Origin: Octopus vulgaris
Lineage: Eukaryota
Direction: 5' to 3'
DNA: 64,000 nucleotides
Assembly: GCA_951406725.2 (NCBI GenBank)
Contig: OX597833.1
Span: forward strand, 55,428,001-55,492,000
The notes beneath the pieces were generated by a model that searched no databases, had not been told where the DNA came from, and was given only the letters and a program-made list of their open reading frames with translations. The translations under genes were made by a program, and so were the position numbers. Position 1 is the first letter of the stretch, and every line of letters begins with the position of its first letter. Of this stretch, positions 25,859-37,990 are shown piece after piece.

Positions 25859-26583
25859 TATATACACACATATATATACATTATTTCACCTAGGTATAGC
25901 AATACTGATAACCTGGTGTTATAATTCAGTGTACTCATGCTTTAGAACAAAGTGTCAGAAAAATATAGAGCAGTAATAAGAAATTAAAATGACAAAGGAA
26001 TAAAAAATTCGGTCATAAACTTCATTAGCTTACAACCATGTCTGCTATACAAATTGTCAAATGCTTGTGTATCATATATGTGTATGTATGTCTCTTTTTT
26101 AATTATAATAAATCTTCCACTGAGGAGGGAGCCGGTTTCCAACAAAGATACAAGGCTCCATCTTTGGGATGTAGTTAACACAGACAAATTCACATTTGGA
26201 ACTTGAGAAAAGTCTTGCATATTTTTACTGTTTCACAGTGACACTAGTTGAACTATCATGCAATGTCAAGACAAGGTATCACATATGCAAGTGCACACAC
26301 ACAGATACATTCATATAAATATTTTCACACACACACTCTCACAGATACACTCATATATATACTCACTCACACACACAAATGTAGGAATACAATGGGATTC
26401 TTTCAGATCTCATCTGCCAAATCCACTCACAAGGCTTGGCATCAGCTCATAGCTATTGTTGAAGACACTTGCCCAAGGTGCATTGCAGCAGTGGGACTGA
26501 ACCCAAAGCCACATAGTTGGGAACCAACCTTCTTAACCACACAGCTATGCTTCTGCCTATTTATACTAGCTCTGGAGTTGTTA

Positions 26584-26974
26584 TCTATATATATAAAGCT
26601 GAAGTTGTCTGTGTGTGGGAGATTTGGTAGCCTTCAACTAACACTATCTCCTCCGAGACCCTGTGGCGCAAGTTGACCAAAATTGAGAGTATGATAGAAG
26701 AAGGCTTGCTCTTCATTCTGTAGAAGATAAAATTCAAATCGAACCATATTAAGACCAAAAATTATTTACATCAAAATGATGCTTTTATTCTATAAAACTC
26801 CCTATTTTTTACGATTTTTTTACTACTGTGTCGCCATTTTTTGGTGTATTTCAACTGGAAAAATTGTTCACTTAAAGAGAATAACAAGTTTCATAATGCA
26901 AAATTTTTACTTTTCAAAAATTCCAATTCTAAAGGGTCGAAACAAACCCAAGCAACGCTGGGCAATACTGCTAG
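26584..26974 (+). mobile_element. Non-autonomous Helitron family 2
   Basis: A|TC 5' end, subterminal CCCAAGCAACGCTGGG hairpin, CTAG|T 3' end, no TSD. Confidence 0.8.
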
Positions 26975-27109
26975 TTACTATTAGTTTCATCATAATTAAT
27001 GATATTTATTACTAAATTTAATGTTAAAGTTTCGTTTACTTAATAAGATTACACTCTGATCAAAATCCAAAGCAAATACAGTGATTTCTAAATTATATTT
27101 TATATCAAA

Positions 27110-27395
27110 CTAGCAGTATCGCCCGGCGTTGCTCGGGTTTGTAAGGGAAATAACTATATAAGCATTTTTAGAGAGTTACTTCCCTTATATAATAGCAAAA
27201 AAATGCATTAAAAATGGGGGAAAATGATGGTAGTTTTTTTTTTAAATCGTAGACTCGGAAGGGCTCGGTATGAATCACGACTATAAGATACCCGCTTTTG
27301 GTTACACTGCACCCAAAATGTGGGAGGTGAGAGTAGTTAGGAATCTAAATCGAAGGGGACAGACACTCACACAACTACAGTTTTATATATATAGA
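27110..27395 (-). mobile_element. Non-autonomous Helitron family 1 (internally deleted)
   Basis: TC...CTAG on the minus strand between host A and T; an empty-site paralog lies at ~8290-8480. Confidence 0.82.
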
Positions 27396-27499
27396 TTAAT
27401 CAACAGAGATGCCTTGCACTGCCTCTTTATGTAAGTTATTTTTACTACCAGTGAATTTGTTCATATTTTTTTCCCTTTTCACCTATGTGAATTTTCGTC

Positions 27500-28351
27500 A
27501 ATTCTAAAGGGTCGAAACAAACCCGAGCAACGCCGGTCGATACTGCTAGTCTTTATATATAAAAGTCAAGTTGTGTGTCTGTCTGTCTCCTACGATTTAG
27601 ATTCCTAACTACTCCCACATTTTGCGGTGCAGTTTAACCAAAACCGGGTATCTTATAGTCGTGATTCATATCGAGCCCTTCTGGGTATTAGCGCGCGTCT
27701 ACGATGAGTCTACGATTTAAAAAAAAATTTACCATCATTATTTTCCATTTTAATGCATTTTTTTCGCTATTATATAAGGGAAGTAACTCTCTAAAAATGT
27801 CTACGATGAATCTACGATTTAAAAAAAAATTTACCATCATTTTTTCCCCATTTTTAATGCATTTTTTTGCTATTTTTTGGCTATAACTCTCTAAAAATGC
27901 TTATATAGTTATTTCCCTTACAAACCCGAGCAACGCCAGGCGATACTGCTAGTCTTTATATATAAAAGTGAAGTTGTGTGTCTGTCTCCTACGATTTAGA
28001 TTCCTTACTACTCCCACATTTTGCGGTGCAGTTTAACCAAAACCGGGTATCTTATAGTCGTGATTCATATCGAGCCCTTCTGGGTATTAGCATGCATCTA
28101 TGATGAGTCTACGATTTTAAAAAAAATCACCATCAGTTTTTTCCATTTTAATGCATTTTTTTCGCTATTATATAAGGGAAGTAACTCTCTAAAAATGTCT
28201 ACGATGAGTCAACGCTTTTTTTAAAAATTTACCATCGTTTTTTTTCCATTTTTAATGCATTTTTTTTGCTATTTTTTGGCTATAACTCTCTAAAAATGCT
28301 TATATAGTTATTTCCCTTACAAACCCGAGCAACGCCGGGCGATACTACTAG
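27500..28351 (+). mobile_element. Head-to-tail Helitron array: 3' stub (27500-27549), copy 27550-27952, copy 27953-28351
   Basis: CTAG|TC junctions at 27549/27550 and 27952/27953; CCCGAGCAACGCCGGG hairpin before each CTAG. Confidence 0.85.
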
Positions 28352-28822
28352 TAACATATAAATCTACTGTTAGTAATAAGCTTGAAGTCATTGCTACAGC
28401 GATAGTATTGTCTGTTGATAGATCTTTCGATGGTATTCTAATACAATCATAAGGCTAGGCTTTTAATTTTTTTTTTATTTCAGTTTACATTAGTTTAATT
28501 ACTGTAACAGAATTTAATGTCCAGTAATAGGTTCATCGTTACTGCTGTGGCATCATTACCGCCATAGTAGCACCATTTAACTTTGCATTAACAGTGTAAT
28601 TAGTGTGGTGGTGGTGTGGCGCCGAGTTGACCATAGTTACATCCCAATTTGATCGTATTCACTTGAGAGCATTTAAATAGAAGAATCGATAATTTAGCTT
28701 TCTTCCTTTGTTTCACTGGCAATTATTTAAAGGCATTTGCAGTTTTTATGTAGAAGGTTTATTAACCTCCATCTATGTATGTTTGTGTTTGTAAATGCTT
28801 GCATGATCCCCTCACTGTATTC

Positions 28823-28854
<32 letters not shown>

Positions 28855-29275
28855 TTGTTTGTGTGTATATAGATATGTGTGTGTACATACGCATATATAC
28901 ACACATATGTATATATACATACATCATCATCATCATCATCATCGTTTAACGTCCGTTCTCCATGCTAGCATGGGTTGGACGGTTCGACCGGGGATCTGGG
29001 AAGCCAGAAGGCTGCACCAGGCTCCGGTCTTATCTGGCAAAGTTTCTACAGCTGGATGCCCTTCCTAACGCCAACCACTCCGTGAGTATAGTGGGTGCTT
29101 TTTATACGTGCTACCTGCACTGGTGCCAGGCGAGGCTGGCATCGGCCACGGTCGGATTGGTGCATTTTATGGAAGCCATACATATATATATATATACAAA
29201 CTTGTATATGTGTAAATGTATACATGGGTGTATATGTGTGTATATATATATATTTGTACAGGTGCATATATATAT

Positions 29276-29515
29276 TTGAGAGAGCACGTATCCAGCATGA
29301 AGAACTTAAGCGAGCTGCATGAAAGCGCACGGCTCGTATAGTGAATGGGGAAAGCTTGGTCTGCAATGTTTGCAGTCGTGTATGCTTGTCAAGAGCAGGG
29401 CTCATTAGCCACCAACGGAGCCACAAATGCAAAATATAAGTTAGTCCTAGAGCACACAATGTTCCTGAAGGTCGGCAATGGTCTTCCTCGATCACAAGTG
29501 GACGGCCATTATATA
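29276..29515 (+). mobile_element. RTE-like LINE 3' fragment (third family) with C2H2 zinc finger
   Basis: FERARIQHEELKRAA*KR...LVCNVCSRVCLSRAGLISHQRSHK*; one in-frame stop; flanked by (TA)n. Confidence 0.75.
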
Positions 29516-29773
29516 TATATAGTTCAAATTTATAGAAAAACAAAGACAAAGACAGGTGTAGGAACAACAAGCAAGTGTATTAGTTTGACGCTCAGGAAAA
29601 ATAAAAAAGTCTTTTACGTTTCAAGCCTATGCTCTTCGACAGAAAGAAATAAGAAGAAATAAATAGAGAGAGAATGGAAAAAAAAAACATATTGAGTTTA
29701 GTGGTCTAACATGGCAAATGATTGGAAAAAAAGAGGTTGAATGAAAGGGAGATAATATTGTGTGTGTGTGTGC

Positions 29774-29820
<47 letters not shown>

Positions 29821-29945
29821 CACACACACACATATATATATATACGGTATATTTAAAACATTACTTAAATGGTCTTTTTACATACTGAACACTGCTTGGT
29901 AAAATTATTAATTACTAATTAATTAATTTTACCCTTATTATTATT

Positions 29946-29992
<47 letters not shown>

Positions 29993-30130
29993 TATATCAC
30001 CGAGGTCGACTTTGCCTTTCATCCGTTCGGGGTCAATAAATAAAGTACCAGTTTCACACTGGGGGTCGATGTAATCGACTTAATCCCTTTGTCTGTCCTT
30101 GTTTGGCCCCTTGTGGGTAGTAAAGAAATA

Positions 30131-30161
<31 letters not shown>

Positions 30162-30168
30162 TTTTTAA

Positions 30169-30319
30169 ATTTTATAGAAGGAGCTTCTACAGGACTAGAA
30201 CTGTTTCATTCAAACGAAATCATCAGGAAGCTCAACTATGCACATGTGCATACAGAGCTTCCTGATGATTTCATTTGAATGAAACAGTTCTAGTCCTGTA
30301 GAAGCTCCTTCTATAAAAT
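30169..30319. ncRNA. Palindrome carrying two opposed type-I hammerhead-ribozyme-like folds (30255-30307 plus; 30181-30233 minus), probably from a Penelope-like element terminal repeat
   Basis: GAGCTTC-CTGATGA-tTTCatttGAAt-GAAA-CAG(ttctagtc)CTG-TA-GAAGCTC: stems I and III and the core are intact; the stem II closing pair is U-U. Confidence 0.6.
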
Positions 30320-31023
30320 AAATTAATTTACTCTGCTATGTATTGAGTACCTTACTTACTGTGGTTAACCCCGACTCAACCCGGGACCTACATATATATA
30401 TATATATATACTTGTAAATTTGTGTATCTATATGTGTGTGTAAATATGTGTTGTCGTTCTTTTTCTTCTTCTTCTCCTTCTTCTTATCATTATTATTATT
30501 ATTATTATTATCATTGTTATGGAGCATTAATACCTTTCTCACTAAAAATATACATAAAAACACCCATTAAAACTCATTCAGTGTCTTGTTTATTCTCTCC
30601 ATTACCCGTTCTTTCCCCGGGCACCATTTCAAACAGAGCAGGCCTTCAACAGCGCCTTCACAGACCCCGCCGCTGCTGCCGTGTATCTCCTTAACCTGCC
30701 GAAGCCATAAACTATATTTCTAGCAATATTCTCGTGTCGTAAATTAAAAATTAACTTTTGTTGGTGGGACACCTGACACATACCTTAATGGTTTATGGAC
30801 ACCCATTATCTAACGACAGTGGCCAAAGAGAGGGGAAGGCGACATCTAAGTTATTATTTACTGTCTTTTATGTACTGGGCTATTAAAATTGTTCAGTTAT
30901 TCTAATATCGGTTGTTCCCCCACCGTTCCCTGCTCCACCATCTTCAGTGTTTCTTAAGGTGAGTCTTGTTCCTTCTGATCCTCTCTCTTCTGTGGAAACT
31001 ATGGTGACCTGACAAAGAAGCCT

Positions 31024-31767
31024 GTTTGTGGTCGCTGGACTTGCTAGAAACAGCAGTAAGAATACATCCTTCTGTCTTTTGTGGTCGCTGGACTTGCTAG
31101 AAACATCAGTAAGATTACATCCTTCTGTCTTTTGTGGTCGCTGGACTTGCTAGAAACAGCAGTAAGATTACATCTTTCTGTCTTTTGTGGTCGCTGGACT
31201 TGCTAGAAACAGCAGTAAGATTACATCCTTCTGTCTTTTGTGGTCGCTGGACTTGCTAGAAACAGCAGTGAGATTACATCCTTCTGTCTTTTGTGGTCGC
31301 TGGACTTGCTAGAAACAGCAGTGAGATTACATCCTTCTGTCTTTTGTGGTCGCTGGACTTGCTAGAAACATCAGTAAGATTACATCCTTCTGTCTTTTGT
31401 GGTCGCTGGACTTGCTAGAAACAGCAGTAAGATTACATCCTTCTGTCTTTTATGGTCGCTGGACTTGCTAGAAACAGCAGTAAGATTACATCCTTCTGTC
31501 TTTTGTGGTCGCTGGACTTGCTAGAAACAGCAGTAAGATTACATCCTTCTGTCTTTTGTGGTCGCTGGACTTGCTAGAAACATCAGTAAGATTACATCCT
31601 TCTGTCTTTTGTGGTCGCTGGACTTGCTAGAAACAGCAGTAAGATTACATCCTTCTGTCTTTTGTGGTCGCTGGACTTGCTAGAAACAGCAGTAAGATTA
31701 CATCCTACTGTCTTTTGTGGTCGCTGGACTTGCTAGAAACAGCAGTAAGATTACATCCTACTGTCTT
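31024..31767. repeat. 53-bp minisatellite, ~14 copies
   Basis: Unit TTTTGTGGTCGCTGGACTTGCTAGAAACAGCAGTAAGATTACATCCTTCTGTC; copies nearly identical. Confidence 0.95.
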
Positions 31768-33162
31768 GAAAGGAGGATATATTGGATAATGTATTCTTGG
31801 AAATAAAACAAGATCATTTGATTCACTCTACTTTGATGACTATGATGACTCAACAAAGGAGCTTCTTTGTGGTTGCTAGACTTGCCAGAAATAGCAGCCA
31901 AGTTACATCCAACTTTCTTAAAAGAAGGACCTATTGGATAATGTAGTCTCAAATGTATTATGTCTAGAAATAAAATAAGATCACGTGATCCACTCTGCTT
32001 TGGAACCCATGATGATCCAACATGAGTGCCTGTTTGTGGTTTTGGGCATGCTAGAAACAGCAGCCAAATTACATAATGTTGTCATAAAAGAAGGACACAT
32101 TAGATTATATAGTCTTAGATGTACTATGTCTGAAAATAAGGTAGGAATATCATAGCTGGAATGTCTTTGATCATATCCAGATTTGGCCTTGGGTTGAACA
32201 GCAAATGAGGTTATGACATTACTTTCCATGACCTCAAATATACCAAATGACCTCACTACGCCTCACCACATCACACTATGTCACACTGTGCCTCACTGTT
32301 AAGTGACGACTATTGTGCGCTGGCGCAATAAATTATGCTTACTGCTTAATGTCACTTTCAACAAAGAACTTTGTCACACTTCTGATTTCTTCCTCCACAG
32401 AATTTCAACCTCACCACCACTTCTTACTGCCCCACCACCACCACCATTCTGCACAAATCAGTACTATACCCCCTGTCCCTCCATTCCTTCTTTCTGCATA
32501 GCCATCAATTTATGCTGCATCAGCGCCGCTGTGCATCTCTACAACTCTGTCAGTGCATCATCAGCATTCCTGTGTTGCATCACTCCCTTGCCAGTCCATG
32601 CTATATCACCACCTCCCCACCACCACCATCACACTACGGCACCTTGGGAAGTGTCTTCTGCTCCAGCCTTGAGCCAAACCAAAGCCTTATTTTATCCACC
32701 CTGAAAGGATGAAAGACAAAGTTGGCCTCATTAGAATTCAAACTCAGAATGTAAAAATGGATGAAATGCCGCTAAGCTTTTTGCCCAGTGTGCCAACGTT
32801 TCTTATTTCTTTATTGCCCACAAGGGACTAAACATAGAGGGGACAAATAAGGACATACAAACGGATTAATAAGTCGATTACACCAACCCCAGTGCATAAC
32901 TGGTACTTAATTTATCGACCCCGAAAGGATGAAAGGCAAAGTTGACCTCAGTAGAATTTGAACTCAGAACGTAGCAGCAGACAAAATACCGCTAAGCTTT
33001 TTGCCCAGTGAGCCAACATTTCTGTCAGCTCACTGTCTTAGCTGTGCTAAATATTGACTTGTCTAATAATATACAATTGTATTCAATACAGTAATAGTCA
33101 TCACAGGTAAATTGCACTGTATTTGAATTTAATAATTTTGAATATTTATATTTAATGATTAT

Positions 33163-33550
33163 AGGCATAAGAGTGGCTGTGTGGTAAGTAGCTTGCTTAC
33201 CAACCACATGGTTCCGGGTTCAGTCCCACTGCGTGGCACCTTGGGCAAGTGTCTTCTACTATAGCCTCGGGCCAACCAAAGTCTTGTGAGTGGATTTGGT
33301 AGACGGAAACTGAAAGAAGCCCGTCGTATATATGTATGTAAGTGTGCGTTTGTGTGTCTGTGTTTGTCCCCCAACATTGCTTGACAACTGATGCTGGTGT
33401 GTTTACATACCCGTAACTTAGCAGTTTGGCAAATGAAACTGACAGAATAAGTACTTGGCTTACAAAGAATAAGTCCTGGGGTCGATTTCCTTGACTAAAA
33501 GTGGTGCTCCAGCATGGCCACAGTCAAATGACTGAAACAAGTAAAAGAGA
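33163..33550 (+). mobile_element. SINE family A
   Basis: Full-length copy. Confidence 0.85.
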
Positions 33551-34346
33551 ATATGATGGGCAAGAGAGAGATTTAAGAGTTTCTGTTTTCCAAAAGTGTT
33601 TCAACTGGGTAATTTCCATCTCAATTTTTAATTAGATTTCCTTGAATATTCTGAAGGTAATTTATCCATCCATCCATCCATTTGTTCACACACACACACA
33701 CACACACACGTGCATCAATAACCCTTCATTGCCCAGATTAACGACAACTATCGCGAGTGATATACACAGCCAGTTTGCAATGTAGAACTGTGCTATACAC
33801 ATTCTTGAAGGCCTGGTTATATATCACCTGGCATGTATTAAAATGTCAGCGCCAAAACTGCCCAGCAGTATTTTGAGACAAATTCTGAAGCATCTAACTA
33901 ATAAATATTCTTAAGGTATATTTCAGGCCAAAACAAAACACTGTCGCAGTAAATAATTTCATGCTTCTCTGGAAAGAAAAGGTCTTAATTAATGCTGTTT
34001 GAATAAGTATGCGTGTGTGTGAGCGTATATTGTAATTTTCTAATCTAGAGCACCTCTGAGACAAGTTTCAGATTTGTTACTTTAAATGATTAGCCTTCAG
34101 CTTTGTTAATTTACAAAGCAAAAATTCAGTCAGACTGAGAAGTGTTGCTGATTGAATTCAAATGTAAGATCTGATGGAATTAGTGCAATTAATCATCCTT
34201 GATTAAATATTTTATAATCAATACTAACACATTTAGTATACTAAATAACCTATGTCGAGTTGACCAGTACCGTCTGAGTGGAATTTGATAGATGGAAACA
34301 GTGCAGAGCTTGTATGTGTATATAGGTATGTTTATGTATATGTGTG

Positions 34347-34626
34347 TGTGGCCGATGACAGCGCCACCTCGACTGGCCTCCGTGCCGGTGGCACGTAAAA
34401 AGCACCAACCGATCGTGGCTGTTGCCAGCCTCCCCTGGCACGTAAAAAGCACCCACTACACTCACGGAGTGGTTGGCGTTAGGAAGGGCATCCAGCCGTA
34501 GAAACACTGCCAGATCAGACTGGAGTCTGGTGCAGCCTCCTGGCTTCCCAGACCCCGGTCAAACCGTCCAACCCATGCTAGCATGAAAAACGGACGTTAA
34601 ACGATGATGATGATGATGATGATGAT
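34347..34626 (+). mobile_element. RTE 3' UTR fragment with (GAT)n tail
   Basis: Shared 3' end; consensus module at 34381-34406. Confidence 0.8.
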
Positions 34627-35571
34627 GTGTGTGTGTTCATATAATGTCCATATTTCCAATGCCAGCTTGGGTTGAATAGGGGTAAGCATCCCGTCTGTCT
34701 TGAAGGGCTTCTTCACTGGTCATTATGTTTAACAAGGTATGTAAACATCATATCACTGTTTTATTTAGATAGTAATAAGCAGGGCTGTGGAATGTTAATA
34801 TACACATACACTAATACATTTGTACATGCACATGCATACATGTATATATTTATCATCATCTTTATTTAAAGTCCATTTTCCACGCTGGTATGAGTTCGGT
34901 GGTTCAACAGGAACTGGCAAGTCAGAAGACCTCACCAAGCCCTGCTGTCTGTTTTGGCATGGTTTCTATGGTTGGGTGCCCTTCTTAATGCCAACCACCT
35001 TACACAGTGTACTGGGTGTCTTTTTATGGGACACTAGCTGTAACGAGGTCTCCAAGTAATCACCAAGTAACTTGCAAGACAAGACACCTCAATTGAAGTG
35101 GGGAGTAGTATTGAAGGACAGAGAAAGGAGTCTTGCATTAAAGAGGAAACATGGCTACTTCAGATGTGGAGAGAGAGATGGTGAAAATGTGACGGAGAGT
35201 AGGGCAGGGGCCAGGTTTCCATATAGTTTATATCCATCATTTAGACTCACATAACATTGATGCTGGTGTGTTTACGTCCCTGTAACATAGCGGTTCGGCA
35301 AAAGAGACCGATAGAATAAGTACTAGGCTTACAAAGAATAAGTCCTGGGGGGTCGATTTGCTCGACTAAAAGGCAGTGCTCCAGCATGGCCGCAGTCAAA
35401 TGACTGAAACAAGTAAAAGAGTATATGTTTTTGTTTTTTTTTTAACTTGTAAGAGTCATATAGGAGTGGCTGGTTGAGTGAACAACTTTGTAGACATATT
35501 CAAAATCTCCTAACAGAGCTAAGTTTGAGTTCTTAGGCAATAGACACCACTCTGCTTGCCACATTCTAGCA

Positions 35572-35893
35572 ATGCAGACCAAATTAATCTATTTAATTAA
35601 TTGTTTACTCCCTGTTGTTAAGGCTTAATTTCCTTTCTTACTCTGTTTCTTCTCTTCTTTTTCTATTTTTTCTTAGATTCTTTATAATCTTTTTTCTTTT
35701 TTTTTTCCTTACATTATTTTTTTTTGTTGCTATTATCTTTAAGCCAAAGCAACAGTATGAAAGAAAAAAAACAAACACAAAAATTGTTAAAAAAAAAAAC
35801 AACAAAAAGGAAGAAAGGAATACAAACTTAATGACAGGGAGCTAAGAATTAATTGATTAATTAATTAATTAGTTTGATTAATTTGGTCTGCAT
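35572..35893. repeat. ~320-bp fold-back (MITE-like inverted repeat)
   Basis: ATGCAGACCAAATTAATC / GATTAATTTGGTCTGCAT ends; inner CTCCCTGTTGTTAAG / CTTAATGACAGGGAG; T-rich versus A-rich halves. Confidence 0.7.
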
Positions 35894-36432
35894 GCCATTA
35901 TGTAAAGGGACCTTTGTTTAAGCAAAGTCTAACCTATCTACAGATTAGTCATAGAGTGTGTGTGTGAGTGTGTGTGTGTGTGTGTGTGAGTGTGTGTAGT
36001 ATGTTGTCGTTATTTCAATGTCTGTTCTCTCCTATGCTGCCTGCCATAGGCTGGGTGCTTGTGCAACACCATATTACATTCACAGGGCCTTGTATGTTCT
36101 TAATTCCTTTCCATTTGCAATTGGTGCCTATTCTTACACATTTAGTTACTGCTACACTTTGTCACCTAGAATACTTTGACTATTCGTATAACAAATTTGT
36201 ACATGGCATGAGAATTTTAGATGTGTTATCTTTGTAGTAATTTCATGTTTATATATATATATGTATGTATATATATATATTGGCCTGCTCGCTTAGCCAG
36301 TGGGGTGGCGTCATTTGAAGGCTAAAACAATGCGAAGCGCATTGTGACCAGCGATGTGTAGCAACATCTGATAGCCTGGTCGATCACAGTGATATATATA
36401 TATATATATGTACATATATATACTGTTGTGTC

Positions 36433-36583
36433 TGGGGAGAATCATTTTCTTTTTGTGCCTTATAATTTAACACACTCACCGGTAAAATTTCCACATTTCT
36501 TTTTTTTTTATTTTCCTAAAAGTGGAAATTTTACCAGTGAGTGTGTTAAATTATAAGGCACAAAAAGAAAATGATTCTCCCCA
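36433..36583. repeat. Near-perfect hairpin, ~62-bp arms and 27-nt loop, within (TA)n
   Basis: 36433-36494 is the reverse complement of 36522-36583 with one mismatch. Confidence 0.9.
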
Positions 36584-36666
36584 CATGTATACACACACAC
36601 ACATATATATACACATGTATATATACACATATATATACATATATATATGCATATGATGATGCTGAT

Positions 36667-36704
<38 letters not shown>

Positions 36705-37594
36705 TACATATACACATACATACATATATACATACACACACATATATATATATATATATACACATATGCATACATACACACATACATATACATACATACA
36801 TGCATATATATATATATATATATGCGCACACACACACATATATACACACACACACACACACATATTGTCATCATAATCATTTTAACATCCATTTATCCAT
36901 GCTTGCTTGGGTTAGACAAAGTTTATTGAAGAAGATTTTCTATGGCCAGGTGGCACTTTCTGTTGCCAACCCTCATCCAGCTGTAGAGAGCAAGCCAGTG
37001 TCAGACTGGATCCTGGTGCAGCTCTCCAGCCTGCCACTTCCAGTCAAACACCCTAACCCATGCCAACATGGAAAGCAGATACTAAATGATGATGATGATA
37101 TATGTATCATTCTAGAATATATTCTTTAGGAAAGTGTCTCTTGCAATTCATTTGCCTCACCAAAACTGGTCCCTCGTAAACTGGTCCACCATTTTGGTGT
37201 TATAAAAAAGTACCTGTGTCAGTGCCATGTAGAAAAGTGCCCTAGCTGGTGTCATGTAAAAAGCACTCATAGTGATCCTGCATGAAGAGGGCCACTCCCT
37301 GCTGGTGCCACATAAAGATGGTCCACGCCAGTTCCACGTATGAAGCACCCATGCCGGTGCCATGTAAAAAGCACCCAGCACACTCTGGTGAAGTGATTGG
37401 CTTTAGGAAAGGCATCCAGCTATACAAAACCATGACAAAACTGGCTAGTGGAGTCTGGACAGCACCCTGGGTGGCCAGCTTCTGTTAAACTGTCCAACCC
37501 ATGCCAGCATGGAAAGCAGATGTTAAATGATGATGAGGATGATGATTCACATTCTCTGGTAATGAATTCTCAATGGCAAACACAATGGCAACAT

Positions 37595-37751
37595 CGGCCT
37601 GCGCCAATGGAACCGCCGTGACTGGCTCGCTATCTCCAGTGAACTGGCGCAGGACCGTCGTGCATGGGCTGCCATGGTTCGAGATGCCTCGAGGGTGGTA
37701 GAAGAAGCCGACTCAACCCGCCTAGGGTGAATGTCGCCACAAGTACAAGTA
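37595..37751 (+). mobile_element. RTE-like LINE 3' end (fourth family) with (CAAGTA)n tail
   Basis: GLRQWNRRDWLAISSELAQDRRAWAAMVRDASRVVEEADSTRLG* followed by CCACAAGTACAAGTA; AQDR..W is the typical RTE C-terminal motif. Confidence 0.72.
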
Positions 37752-37759
37752 ATGCACAG

Positions 37760-37990
37760 GCGGCGAGCTGGTAGAATCGTTGGCACGCCGGGCGAAATGC
37801 GTAGCCGTATTTCGTCTGCCGTTACGTTCTGAGTTCAAATTCCGCCGAGGTCGACTTTGCCTTTCATCCTTTCGGGGTCGATTAAATAAGTACCAGTTAC
37901 GCACTGGGGTCGATATAATCGACTTAATCCGTTTGTCTGTCCTTCTTTGAACTCTCTGTGTTTAGCCCTTTGTGGGTAGTAAAGAAATAA
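37760..37990 (+). mobile_element. SINE family C, young full-length copy
   Basis: CpG-rich; homologs at 11045, 11917, 32700-33030(-), 39010, 39243, 51405-51640(-), 62955, 63187, 63753. Confidence 0.8.

Noticed and set aside
31024-31767. 53-bp repeats as CRISPR
   Set aside because: Pure tandem repeat without spacers
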